From positions 1-64,000 of IMG/VR virus record IMGVR_UViG_3300033150_001234: a stretch of 64,000 nucleotides of DNA. One strand, given 5' to 3'. Shown here piece by piece: positions 30,281 to 40,544 of this stretch. Within the stretch, counting starts at the first letter, position 1. Each line of letters opens with the position of its first letter. The position numbers were made by a program, and so were the translations under genes. The DNA is from a virus. The notes below the pieces were generated by a model that saw nothing but the letters and a program-made list of their open reading frames with translations, was not told the DNA's origin and ran no database searches.

Positions 30281-33200
30281 TGCCAGAAGATATTAATGTA
30301 ACCATAACAGAAGAAACAATAGCTGTAGGGATAGAAGGTAGTTCTTTTTCAATTGCAATGATAGACATAACTGATGTTGACTTGACAGGGTTAGTCGATG
30401 GTAACTTATTACAATATAATCTAAGTACTAAAAAATGGGAAGTAGCAGATTATCCAACAAGTGCTATTTGGGGAAGTATTACAGGAACCCTAGACGACCA
30501 AACTGATTTACAAAATGCTTTAGATGCAAAAGCAGCTTTAATACACACACACACCGAATCAAATATCACAGATTTAGATAAATATACACAAGCAGAAGTA
30601 GATGCTTTAATTGCTGCAATCGGGAAGGGTTCTATAGCAGAACTATCTGATGTAGATGTTACTTTAATTGCTAATGATAAGATTTTAAAATATAATTCTA
30701 CCACTAGTAAGTGGGAATGCAAGGATGATAGTTCGGGTACAAGTGCTATTTGGGGAAATATTACAGGAACTCTTTCTAATCAAACAGATTTACAATTAGT
30801 TTTGGATGATAAAGCATCCTTAGTTCATACACATGTTGAAGCTAATATAACTGATCTCGATAAATATACACAGGCAGAAGTTAATTTGTTAGTCGCCAAT
30901 GCAAGTAATTGGGATTTGGCATATGGGTGGGGTGACCATGCTTTGGCTGGATATCTTACAGTTGAAACGGACCCAATATTTTTAGCCTCAGAAGCAGCTA
31001 ATTTTGCCGCAGGAGATAAATCGAAACTAGATGCAATAGAAGCAGGTGCAGAAGTAAACGTACAAAGTGATTGGGATGCGGTATCTGGTGATAGTAAAAT
31101 ATTAAATAAACCCACTATTCCAACAGCATTATCTGAATTAAGTGATGACTCTACACATAGATTAGTTACCGATTCAGAAAAATCAACTTGGAATGCTAAA
31201 TCAGATTTAACATTAACCGAAGTAAAGAGTGATGCTGATATAGCTTCTGCAATTTCATTAAAACACTCTAATGCTTTAGACCATGTTCAAAATAGTGACA
31301 CCGATTTAGACCCAACATTTGAAGCAACCTTTGTTAAAAAAGTTGACACCGTAAATGTATTGTCGGATATTACTTCAGCAGGAGCAGACATTGAAGATGC
31401 TGTTTCTAAAAAACATGACGGCGGAACCCAAGACACTGCAATAGGTTTAAATACTGCGCATAGGGGTTTGGTATCAGGTAACCCTCACAGTGTAACTCCA
31501 ACTGAATTATCTTTGGTTATTGGCACAGATGTACAAGCCTATGATGAAGCATTATCAAGTATCGCAGGATTAACTTATGTGACTGATTCATTTATTAAAA
31601 TGACAGCAGAAAATGTTTATGGAGTCAGAACAATAGCAGAAACAAAGTCAGATTTAAGTTTGAATAATGTAGATAATGTTCAGCAAATGCCATTAACTTA
31701 TTTAGATACAGATGCTACTTTAGCGGCAGATTCTGATGTAAGGGTTCCTTCACAAAAAGCAGCAAAAACTTATATCGATGCATTAATAGCAGCACAAGAC
31801 GCTATGGTTTATAAAGGAGTCATTGATGCAAGTGGTAATCCTAATTATCTTGCTGCAGATGCAGGTCATACATACAGAATTAGTGTGGCTGGAAAGATTG
31901 GTGGAGCTTCTGGAATAAATGTTGAAGTAGGTGATTTAGTACTGTGTAATACAGATAGTACGGCATCGGGTGACCAAGCTACCGTAGGAGCTTATTGGAA
32001 TATCATACAAACGAATTTAGATGGTGCTGTAATAGGCTGCGCGTCCGCTGTAGATAGTAATTTAGTAGCCTTTGATGGTGTTACGGGTAAACTAATCAAA
32101 GATTCTCTATTAACTTCGACTAATGTGTCTGATGCAGTTTCTAAAAAACACACACAAAATACTGATACAGATTTAGATTCTACATTTGAAGAAACCTTTG
32201 TTAAAAAACTAGATACAGTAAATGTACTTTCTGACATTACTTCACCTGGTGCTGATATTGAAGATGCAGTAACTAAAAAACACACTCAAGGTTCGGATAC
32301 AGCATTGGGGGCACAAGCAGAAAACCTTGATATGAATTCCCATAAAATAGTTTCATTATCTGTTCCAAGTTCTAATGGAGATTCAATTAGAGCTACAACT
32401 AAAATAACCGAAGCAAATTTAGAAAGTGCTATAGACTTAAAACATAGTAATGCAAGTGACCATACACAAGGAACTGACCAGAAATTAGATGATGGCGGTG
32501 CAAACGAAGTTACTGTAGCAAACGTAAAAGATGCTGTAGATAAAAAACACGCACAAAATAGTGACACCGATTTAGACCCAACATTTGAAGCGACATTTGT
32601 TAAAAAACTTGATACAGTTAATGTATTATCAGATATCACTTCACCTGGTGCTGACATAGAATCCGCAGTTAGTTTAAAACATGACGGCGGAACCCAAGAT
32701 ACTGCTATAGGTTTAAATACTTCACATAGAACCTCTAGTGGTGTTGACCATAGTTATATTGACCAAAGTGTAGTTAGCGGCGCAACCCCTGTTTTTGGAA
32801 TTGATAATCTTACTGATGGTGGTGGATTGGTTTTAATTACATCCACTCAAGAAACTCATTTTGAAACCGCTTATTCACATAGTCAGATTGTAGTAGGGAA
32901 TCCCCACGCAATCGATATTACAGACCTTACATCCTATGCGCATAATTCATTATCCAATTTAAACGAAGGAGAATATTTACATTTATCATCTGCTGAATAT
33001 GCTGCATTACATCCTGCGGTTACAGTAGCTGGAGCACCATTAACATTATCTACACAAGAAATAACCTTTAATTATGATAGTAATCATTTTGGATTAAGTG
33101 GAAATAATTTACAAATAAAAGAAGATGGAATTGATGAAACATTAATAGACTGGGGAGATGGAGCAAATCAAGTTAATTCAGACAGTATTCCTGACCATAA

Positions 33201-35475
33201 CGGTCATAGCATTTTAGATACCTTTAATCATATAATTAATAGGGGTAAAGCAGCAACAATAACAATTTCTTTAACAGGAGGATTGGGAATTAGTTGGACT
33301 TCAGGTGAAGTTTATGATAAAGCAAATTATTTATTTGTTGCTACAGATGCAGGAAGCGGTAATGTATCTGATAATAAAGTTAATTATCTTAAATGGGTTA
33401 GTGGAACCGCACTTACTATTTCTACTGATGGCACATCTGGTGATGAGATTTTAATAGCGAAAATTACTGTTTATGATGGTATTATAAATGGATACCGTGA
33501 AACAGTATTAGAGAATGAAACTGTAGCTAATACACGTAGAGCATTAAGGGAATCTTTTCCAACAAGGGTAATTAGCGGAATGGTTGTTAGTGAAGATACC
33601 AATGTTTATTCCCCTACAGCAGATTTAGATGTTATAATGAGTGCTGGAGTAGTATATAAAGATGGTATTGAAAGAGTAACACCAGTTGAAATTAAATCAC
33701 ATGATACTGTATTAGTAAGACATTTTCATACAGCAGGTGTATTAGATTATGATACTGATGATGAAGTCGATATGGCTAATTATGATAATCCAGATAAGGC
33801 TGGTGGGCAAGGATTAGAAGCACTTCCAGGTAATAAATGGGTTAAATCTTATTTTATTTTTATGAATGGTAAGATAGGTTGGATTTATCCAACAGAGTAT
33901 TTTAATACTAAGGCACAAGCATTAGATGCAGCTTTATCAGCTATACCTCCCGGATTAGCTATAGCTCCAAAATTAACTGCAATAGTTTATAATTCAAATG
34001 ATACAGATTTTACAAATACAATCTGGCAAGATATAAGAGCTGGAATAAGCGAAGAAAGTTTTAATTTAGTTACAAATCATAATGATTTAGCTGGTTTAGA
34101 TAGTGGTGATTATCAACATTTAACTCAAGCAGAACATGATGAATTAACTCAATGGATGGATGATGTTACTTTAGGCGCGAGTGGGTCATTAACCTTACCA
34201 ACAGGTCAAAATTTTACAATAGGTTCAACTCAATGGAATACTGGTGATAATATAGATGCTTCTAAATTATCAGGCACAATTCCCGCAGCAGTTTTACAAG
34301 CCGAATGGGATGCAGCTTATAGTCATATTTCAAACGATGGAACAGACCATTCTTATATTGACCAAGATTTACAACAAGCAGCAAGTCCTACTTTTGCGGG
34401 ATTAACAGTAACAAATGCTATTACAGAATTTTCAACTGACGGAACATTAGGTGATGATTCTGATTCAGCATTACCAACAGAAAAAGCTGTTAAAACATAT
34501 GTAGATAATGCTGTAAGCGGAGAAGATTTTTGGGATAGAGCAGACACAACATTAAGCCCCCATAATGCAAATGATAATGTAGATATTGGTTCAGGTGATT
34601 TTTTAACAACCGGAAAATTACAGATTAGAGATGCAAATATTTATATTAATTCAAATGATGATGGGCATCTTGATTTAACTGCCGATACTAGTATTGATTT
34701 AAATTCAAATACAAGTATATATGGTAGTTTACTAGTTGAAGAAACAAATTCAGGCGGATATGAATATGTTCAATTAAGAAACCTAGGTACATCTGGTTAT
34801 GGTATTGGTATAAATTTTTATGATGCTTACGCAGGAGGAACAGCTACTCCAAATATTAGAGCTATGATGAGAGGACAACCAAACGGTAGTCTTCCGGGTG
34901 GTAAGCTTGGTATATGGACAGCCGATTCCAATGATGTTTTACAAGAAAGATTATTAATAAATGCAAGTGGAACTTTAAGTATACCTACAACAGCGAAATT
35001 ACAATTAAGAGATGCTGGTATTTATATAAATTCAAATGATGATGGACACTTAGATTTAACAGCAGATACAAGTATAGATTTAAATTGTGATGTTGAGGTG
35101 TCTGGTGAAATAAATACAGTAGGGTGGACAGATTATTCAGGTACTACTATTGTTACTGGATTTTTATCTACTTCAGTTCTTCAAGTATATTTTAAAAAAA
35201 TAGGTAAGCTTGTTTTTTGTACATATTATATATCGGGTGTAAGTAATCTGGCAACTTTAACATTTACTGTTCCATATACTAGTAGTAATACAATAGATAA
35301 TTATACATTAGCTACACAAGCTTCTGATAATGGACATGCTTTAACTGCTCAAGCGATGGCGGTATTAGAAAAAAATTCTGCTATTGTTGATTGTTATAAA
35401 ACTATAGCAGCAGGGGCATGGACAGCAAGTGATACGAAATCAATATTAGGTCAATTTTGGTATGAAACATCTTAA
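30280..35475 (+). CDS. Large fibre protein (1731 aa) with internal repeats
   Basis: WG.ITGTL..QTDLQ x2, HTH.E.NITDLD x2, DTDLD.TFE.TFVKK.DTVNVLSDITS.GADIE x3, IYINSNDDGHLDLTADTSIDLN x2; receptor-binding-like C-terminus. Confidence 0.85.
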   Translation: MPEDINVTITEETIAVGIEGSSFSIAMIDITDVDLTGLVDGNLLQYNLSTKKWEVADYPTSAIWGSITGTLDDQTDLQNALDAKAALIHTHTESNITDLDKYTQAEVDALIAAIGKGSIAELSDVDVTLIANDKILKYNSTTSKWECKDDSSGTSAIWGNITGTLSNQTDLQLVLDDKASLVHTHVEANITDLDKYTQAEVNLLVANASNWDLAYGWGDHALAGYLTVETDPIFLASEAANFAAGDKSKLDAIEAGAEVNVQSDWDAVSGDSKILNKPTIPTALSELSDDSTHRLVTDSEKSTWNAKSDLTLTEVKSDADIASAISLKHSNALDHVQNSDTDLDPTFEATFVKKVDTVNVLSDITSAGADIEDAVSKKHDGGTQDTAIGLNTAHRGLVSGNPHSVTPTELSLVIGTDVQAYDEALSSIAGLTYVTDSFIKMTAENVYGVRTIAETKSDLSLNNVDNVQQMPLTYLDTDATLAADSDVRVPSQKAAKTYIDALIAAQDAMVYKGVIDASGNPNYLAADAGHTYRISVAGKIGGASGINVEVGDLVLCNTDSTASGDQATVGAYWNIIQTNLDGAVIGCASAVDSNLVAFDGVTGKLIKDSLLTSTNVSDAVSKKHTQNTDTDLDSTFEETFVKKLDTVNVLSDITSPGADIEDAVTKKHTQGSDTALGAQAENLDMNSHKIVSLSVPSSNGDSIRATTKITEANLESAIDLKHSNASDHTQGTDQKLDDGGANEVTVANVKDAVDKKHAQNSDTDLDPTFEATFVKKLDTVNVLSDITSPGADIESAVSLKHDGGTQDTAIGLNTSHRTSSGVDHSYIDQSVVSGATPVFGIDNLTDGGGLVLITSTQETHFETAYSHSQIVVGNPHAIDITDLTSYAHNSLSNLNEGEYLHLSSAEYAALHPAVTVAGAPLTLSTQEITFNYDSNHFGLSGNNLQIKEDGIDETLIDWGDGANQVNSDSIPDHNGHSILDTFNHIINRGKAATITISLTGGLGISWTSGEVYDKANYLFVATDAGSGNVSDNKVNYLKWVSGTALTISTDGTSGDEILIAKITVYDGIINGYRETVLENETVANTRRALRESFPTRVISGMVVSEDTNVYSPTADLDVIMSAGVVYKDGIERVTPVEIKSHDTVLVRHFHTAGVLDYDTDDEVDMANYDNPDKAGGQGLEALPGNKWVKSYFIFMNGKIGWIYPTEYFNTKAQALDAALSAIPPGLAIAPKLTAIVYNSNDTDFTNTIWQDIRAGISEESFNLVTNHNDLAGLDSGDYQHLTQAEHDELTQWMDDVTLGASGSLTLPTGQNFTIGSTQWNTGDNIDASKLSGTIPAAVLQAEWDAAYSHISNDGTDHSYIDQDLQQAASPTFAGLTVTNAITEFSTDGTLGDDSDSALPTEKAVKTYVDNAVSGEDFWDRADTTLSPHNANDNVDIGSGDFLTTGKLQIRDANIYINSNDDGHLDLTADTSIDLNSNTSIYGSLLVEETNSGGYEYVQLRNLGTSGYGIGINFYDAYAGGTATPNIRAMMRGQPNGSLPGGKLGIWTADSNDVLQERLLINASGTLSIPTTAKLQLRDAGIYINSNDDGHLDLTADTSIDLNCDVEVSGEINTVGWTDYSGTTIVTGFLSTSVLQVYFKKIGKLVFCTYYISGVSNLATLTFTVPYTSSNTIDNYTLATQASDNGHALTAQAMAVLEKNSAIVDCYKTIAAGAWTASDTKSILGQFWYETS
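31288..32720 (+). repeat. Three ~140-nt intragenic repeats (~31288, ~32155, ~32554)
   Basis: CAAAATAGTGACACCGATTTAGACCCAACATTTGAAGC identical in copies 1 and 3. Confidence 0.9.
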
Positions 35476-35491
35476 AAATTAAGGATAAATA

Positions 35492-35785
35492 ATGTTTTGG
35501 TATACAGATTGGAAATTTTTAGGTTTAGTAACTTTATTTATAGCTAATATTTTAGGACAAATTGGTAGTATTATAGCAAGTAATTCTGCTAAAAAAATAA
35601 GTACTAAAATTATGACTAATGATTTAAAACATTTATCAGGGGATGTTAAAGATTTAAAAAAAGATATAGGTGAAACAAATAAAATCGTAAACAATATATG
35701 GACAGCTATAGATGATTTAGGAAAAAAGCAATCAGCTCGAGATGCTATTTGCGAGGAAAGACATAAAAATGATGGGAGGAAATAA
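35492..35785 (+). CDS. TM plus coiled-coil protein (holin/XhlA-like)
   Basis: N-terminal hydrophobic helix, NDLKHL, heptad region. Confidence 0.5.
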   Translation: MFWYTDWKFLGLVTLFIANILGQIGSIIASNSAKKISTKIMTNDLKHLSGDVKDLKKDIGETNKIVNNIWTAIDDLGKKQSARDAICEERHKNDGRK

Positions 35786-36783
35786 TGCCTACACCAAAAA
35801 AGAATGAAAAGAAAAAAGATTTTATTGGAAGATGTATTAAATATATTATTGAGAATGAAGGAAAAGAACAAAAACAAGCAGCAGCAATGTGTTATTCTAT
35901 TTGGGAAGAGAGTAAGAAAAAAGAGCAGGAAGAAATTATAAATAAAGGTAGAGGTGATGGACAAGGGCAAGGAGGTTCACGTCAGGGTGACGGAGGGGCT
36001 AATAAGTGTGTCTGCACAAGTTGTGGTAAGGAAATATCTCACGTAAAAGGCACACCCTGTACAAAAACTAAGTGTCCTGATTGTGGTTCTTCAATGGTGG
36101 GAAAAAGTAAAGATGATACTAAATCTCTAATCGTCAAAGTACTTAATCATAGTATTAATAAAAGTGAACCTTCTATATTAATAAATGATTCTATTTTAAT
36201 TAATGCACCTGAATTTGAAAAGAAAATAAAAGTAGATAATTTATTATTAACACATTGTCACGGCATCAATTTAGAAGGAATGGATAAGGCAAAAGTAAAA
36301 AATCTGTATGTCTTAGATACTCAAAAACATCTTCACTTTTTAGATTATCATGTAAAAGGATATGACCAAAAATATAATACAACTCTTATTAAAGAATATA
36401 AGAATGTAGAAATTGAAGGTTTAGAAGTAATGCCAATTATAATAAAGCATCAAGTCCAGGAAATATATGGAGATGATTGTTTGGGGTTTATATTTAATAA
36501 GAAAGTGGCGTATATTTCACCATGTCACAGTATTCCTAAAAAATCAATGGAATATTTAAAGGAGATAGATGTATTAATTATTGATGGTGGTTATGAAAAT
36601 AAAGAACTCTATCAAGACCATAAATCAATATATAAAACATTAAAAGAATTTAAAGATTGTGGGATAAAGCGCATCTATTTCTTAGGAACATTTAAAAATT
36701 ATAAAATACAGGGTATTTTGAAAGGGACAAGCATAAGAGTAGATACCTTATTCAAAGGTGATATATTAAAAATAGGGATATAA
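35785..36783 (+). CDS. Fusion: small helical phage domain, Gly/Cys zinc-binding module, degenerate MBL-fold hydrolase
   Basis: MPTPKKNE...FIGRC...QAAAMCYS.W; CVCTSCG...H.KG.PC....CPDCG; LLTHCHGIN, KH, CLGF, LIIDG, DH. Confidence 0.65.
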   Translation: MPTPKKNEKKKDFIGRCIKYIIENEGKEQKQAAAMCYSIWEESKKKEQEEIINKGRGDGQGQGGSRQGDGGANKCVCTSCGKEISHVKGTPCTKTKCPDCGSSMVGKSKDDTKSLIVKVLNHSINKSEPSILINDSILINAPEFEKKIKVDNLLLTHCHGINLEGMDKAKVKNLYVLDTQKHLHFLDYHVKGYDQKYNTTLIKEYKNVEIEGLEVMPIIIKHQVQEIYGDDCLGFIFNKKVAYISPCHSIPKKSMEYLKEIDVLIIDGGYENKELYQDHKSIYKTLKEFKDCGIKRIYFLGTFKNYKIQGILKGTSIRVDTLFKGDILKIGI

Positions 36784-36855
36784 AAAGATAAAAAAAGTAA
36801 GCACATATAGTTTCTTTACTTTAAGGATATTTATAGTTAACTATTGGGAGAAAAA

Positions 36856-38064
36856 ATGGAACCGGTTAAATTTGAATTTTTCACTAATAAATTAGAATTC
36901 GGTAGTTTATCAAAAGGTCAGGGTAAAACAGACGAAAAGTTTTATGTAAGAGGTTATGCTTCTACGCCTGATTTAGATAGACAAGATGAATTAATCACCT
37001 GGGAAGCTCTTAAAAAGGTTGAAGACCACTTAGTTAAAAATAGTACTTTATTCTTTGACCATAATTACGGTAAACCTATTGGAAGAGTAGTAAAGAGTAA
37101 AGTAGATGAAGTTGGATTATTTATTGAAGCATATATTTCAAAAACACAACCTGATATACGTACCCTTATAGAAGAGGGTATTTTAAATAGGTTTTCTATA
37201 GGTGGAAGAATTTTAGAAATGGAACCGGCACCTGATTTAGGAAAGGAAGCTGCAAGAGTTTTAGATTTAGAATTATTTGAAGTATCTCTGGTAGGTGTAC
37301 CTGCTAATTCAGAAGCTAAGGTGACAGACTATATCAGAAAAGCAATTAGTGATGCGAGAAAAATTGAAAACGAGGAGGAAAAAGTGGCCGATAAGGATAC
37401 AAAATTAGAGAACGAAGAAAAGAAAGAAGAAAAAGTCGAAGAAAAGAAAGAAGAAAAAGTCGAAGATTTGGTAATTAAAACTACTGAGGAAGAGGTCGAG
37501 TCAGTTAAAGACGTCAAAGATACACTAAAGCAAATTTTAGACAGTGTCACTAAACAATCAGAGGTAGTTGAACAGTATAAGCCGACTATTTATATATCTT
37601 CTGAGGATTTTAGTAAGGTTAATAAGATGGAAGTTGGCGACAAAGTCAAGATGGAAATTATAGGTAAAGTTAAATATCTATCAGAGGATGAGACTTCTAA
37701 ATCTGTATCTATCGAGCTAGACGATATAGAATTTGTAGCAAAGAAATTAGAAGTCGAAGAAAAGAAAGAAGAAAAAGTCGAAGAAAAGAAAGAAGAAAAG
37801 GTCGAAGAAAAGAAAGAAGAAAAAGTCGAAGAAAAGAAAGAAGAGGTAGTGGAGGAAAAGAAGCCCGAAGTCAAAGAAGAGGCAGCTACAAGAAAAGGAG
37901 TTCAGGCTGAGGAAAAAGAAGAAGATACTGATAATGCAGTCGTTAAAAAACTTGAAGGCAAATCACTGTCTCAAGTTATAAATGATGAAACATTATTTGA
38001 ATCATTACCTGAAGATATTCAAGAAGAGATTAAAAAACAATACAAATTAAGTATTATAAAATAA
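36856..38064 (+). CDS. HK97-family prohead protease with C-terminal charged scaffold-like region
   Basis: GYAST..LDR..E, FFDHN...PIG, FSIGG, LFEVSLVGVPAN; GGGAG RBS before ATG 36856. Confidence 0.92.
   Translation: MEPVKFEFFTNKLEFGSLSKGQGKTDEKFYVRGYASTPDLDRQDELITWEALKKVEDHLVKNSTLFFDHNYGKPIGRVVKSKVDEVGLFIEAYISKTQPDIRTLIEEGILNRFSIGGRILEMEPAPDLGKEAARVLDLELFEVSLVGVPANSEAKVTDYIRKAISDARKIENEEEKVADKDTKLENEEKKEEKVEEKKEEKVEDLVIKTTEEEVESVKDVKDTLKQILDSVTKQSEVVEQYKPTIYISSEDFSKVNKMEVGDKVKMEIIGKVKYLSEDETSKSVSIELDDIEFVAKKLEVEEKKEEKVEEKKEEKVEEKKEEKVEEKKEEVVEEKKPEVKEEAATRKGVQAEEKEEDTDNAVVKKLEGKSLSQVINDETLFESLPEDIQEEIKKQYKLSIIK
37753..37848 (+). repeat. 24-nt tandem repeat x4 (VEEKKEEK); further copies ~37411-37464
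   Basis: GTCGAAGAAAAGAAAGAAGAAAAr units. Confidence 0.95.
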
Positions 38065-38105
38065 TAAAGATTTAAAGAGAATATATTAAGAGGAGGTGTA
38101 ATAGA

Positions 38106-39086
38106 ATGTTAAACAAAGAACTCAAACTAAAAATCTTAAAGGGATTACTAGTTCCGGATGCAGTGGAAACTGAAGGTTCGGCTCAAGCTACAGGATTGTT
38201 ACCTAAACCTATTGCTGATGAGATGATTAAAGTTATTGAGGAAACTAATTATATGCGCAAGATTTTTCGCACTATAAAGGTTCCCGCTAGGACATTAACT
38301 ATTCCTACAGTTACTTTAGATTACTCAGGTGTTTTGCAGGCGAAGACAGGTTACGCACCAAGCGGCCTATCTAATACAGCACCATCGGTGGGTAGTATTC
38401 TTTTAGAACCGGGCAAATTAGCGGCTAAAGGAGCTCTTCAGATTGATGATATTAATGATTCTTCTGTTGATGTTATTGATTTGTTACTTCAGAATTTCGC
38501 TATAGCTTTTGGTAGAGCTGAAGAAAGGGCTATGTTATTGGGTGCCGAGAGAGATAGAACAAAGACTGCTTTGCTATCGATTTTCTTAGGACTCTATACT
38601 ATAGCAGCTGACCACTCAACCACTACTGCGGTTACATATAATCCTTCAACAGCTTATGCTGTTGCAGATTGTCTTAGTTCAGCTATTAAAGAACTGGGAG
38701 TATATGGCAGAAATAAAGGGGAGTTAGTACTAATTGCTTCACCTGATTTTTGTGATTATATGAGAAGGGATAAATCTCTAAGAGATAATATGTACGGTAG
38801 TGCTGAGGTTATTAGAAAAGGCGAATTACCTAAAGTTTTTGGAATCGAGATTTTAGAAACCACTTACTTAGACGGTCAAGGACAGGGTAGTAATAAAGCT
38901 TGTGCGATATTGATACCTAAAGCTGAAGCTATCATAGGTGACAGACGCCAGTTCAAAGTAACGCCAGACGCAGACCCAGCATCAGATGCAATGAATTACT
39001 ATGCTTATGAGAGTGTAGATTTCAGACTACAACATATGACCAGTTCAACTTATGACGCAATCGTGCTTATAGACCAGGCATCTTAA
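38106..39086 (+). CDS. Major capsid protein (HK97 fold)
   Basis: GLLPKPIA..MI, KLAA, DS..D....L...FA.AFGRAEE..ML.G, VFGIEI, IGDRR; strong AGGAGGT RBS after protease. Confidence 0.9.
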   Translation: MLNKELKLKILKGLLVPDAVETEGSAQATGLLPKPIADEMIKVIEETNYMRKIFRTIKVPARTLTIPTVTLDYSGVLQAKTGYAPSGLSNTAPSVGSILLEPGKLAAKGALQIDDINDSSVDVIDLLLQNFAIAFGRAEERAMLLGAERDRTKTALLSIFLGLYTIAADHSTTTAVTYNPSTAYAVADCLSSAIKELGVYGRNKGELVLIASPDFCDYMRRDKSLRDNMYGSAEVIRKGELPKVFGIEILETTYLDGQGQGSNKACAILIPKAEAIIGDRRQFKVTPDADPASDAMNYYAYESVDFRLQHMTSSTYDAIVLIDQAS

Positions 39087-39103
39087 TGAGAATGTAAAAA
39101 TTA

Positions 39104-39137
39104 TGGGAGCCGACAATTTTTGTTGGCTCTCAATTTT
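39104..39137 (+). terminator. Rho-independent terminator after capsid gene
   Basis: Stem GGGAGCCGACA/TGTTGGCTCTC followed by AATTTT. Confidence 0.75.
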
Positions 39138-39179
39138 CAAAGAAAATTACTAGGTTTAGTAAAATAAAGGTTATATAAT

Positions 39180-40544
39180 ATGTTAAGATTGTCAGTAGCT
39201 CTTACGATTTATCACGTCAGAAAAGGTAAACTGATAGACCAAACAACTTCAACAGTAGTTACCCCATTTGAACCTCATCCATATGCATTAATTTATGCTA
39301 GTCATCTTTTTAATCGAGAATATCAAACGAAACTTATCAATAAATTAGTTAATAAAAATTTTATAATTATATATTTCTGCGATAAACTTCCCGATAATCC
39401 AATAATACATAAGAATATAATTTATATATTGTCTCCCTGGAGATATTTTGACACGAATACAATTCAAGATGTTAATTTATTCAGTTGTGTTTCAGGTACG
39501 GGTAGGAAAGGAAAAGTAGTAGCAGCGCAATATGCTAGAAAATTTCACAAACCTTTGATATATACGGTAGAGGACATTAAGAGAGTAACTAAGCAAATTG
39601 TCGAACGCAAAAATGAAAAGACGACTATATTATTTGATACCATATATCAATGTTCAGACAGAGGTTTGGGCGACATTTTAATGACCACTGCTATCTTAGA
39701 AGGATTAAAGAAAAAATTTAATGCCGATATTACTTATGTGTGTAAACCGAGAGCAGTACCTTTATTAGAATGTAATCCAACTATTTCAAAAGTAATCACT
39801 AAATATGAAGATGCAGATGTAATGAACTATACGTACCATTTACCCCTCATACGACATACTGAAGATTATAAAATAGTTAGGAATCGTCAAAACAGATATG
39901 ATTCTATGCAAGAACTTTTCATGATAAATCTAGCAGATAAAGACAAGCATCCAAAATTTTATTTAACCGAGGCCGAATCAACGTGGAGTTGCGAACAAAT
40001 ATCAGAAGACAATAGTAACATCAAGATAGGCATAAACGTAGAAGCCACCTCACCGTCAAGACGCTGGACATACGATTACCTATTAAAGTTAATGACTTTA
40101 TTGAATAGAAGTAATAAATATACTTTTGAGATATATCTATTTGGGCAAGGTCAATTCATTAAGTTAGATGATAGAGTGCCCGTAGATATAAATAACTATG
40201 TTGGAAAAACAACTCTAAGACAGATGATTGCACTTACCTCCAGGATGGATGTGGTACTAGCTGCGGATTCATTATATGGACATATTGCTGCAATATTTGA
40301 CATACCTTCAGTAATAATATATACGGTAATTCCAGCAGAATGGCGAAATAAATATTATAGAAGTATAGGTATTCAGGGTAAAACTAAGTGCTGTCCGTGC
40401 ATTGACTTTCAGTTTGTTTCACAAGAGGATTATATGAATTGCAATAGATACGGTAATCCTCCATGTGTTAAAACTATTACCCCTTATAAGGTATTAGACA
40501 GTATTTATAAATGTATTAAGAAATATAAGGTGGCTAAAAGATGA
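39180..40544 (+). CDS. Glycosyltransferase family 9 (heptosyltransferase-like) with N-terminal extra domain
   Basis: RGLGDILMTT, LLECNP.I..VI, RRW, GKTTLRQ, ADSLYGHIAA...PSV. Confidence 0.88.
   Translation: MLRLSVALTIYHVRKGKLIDQTTSTVVTPFEPHPYALIYASHLFNREYQTKLINKLVNKNFIIIYFCDKLPDNPIIHKNIIYILSPWRYFDTNTIQDVNLFSCVSGTGRKGKVVAAQYARKFHKPLIYTVEDIKRVTKQIVERKNEKTTILFDTIYQCSDRGLGDILMTTAILEGLKKKFNADITYVCKPRAVPLLECNPTISKVITKYEDADVMNYTYHLPLIRHTEDYKIVRNRQNRYDSMQELFMINLADKDKHPKFYLTEAESTWSCEQISEDNSNIKIGINVEATSPSRRWTYDYLLKLMTLLNRSNKYTFEIYLFGQGQFIKLDDRVPVDINNYVGKTTLRQMIALTSRMDVVLAADSLYGHIAAIFDIPSVIIYTVIPAEWRNKYYRSIGIQGKTKCCPCIDFQFVSQEDYMNCNRYGNPPCVKTITPYKVLDSIYKCIKKYKVAKR

Noticed and set aside
34610-35090. 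DGR-like template/variable repeat pair in the fibre gene
   Set aside because: Both copies are in-frame, differences are mostly synonymous and not adenine-specific, and no reverse transcriptase is present
37411-37848. CRISPR-like array
   Set aside because: Contiguous 24-nt coding repeats without spacers; no cas genes
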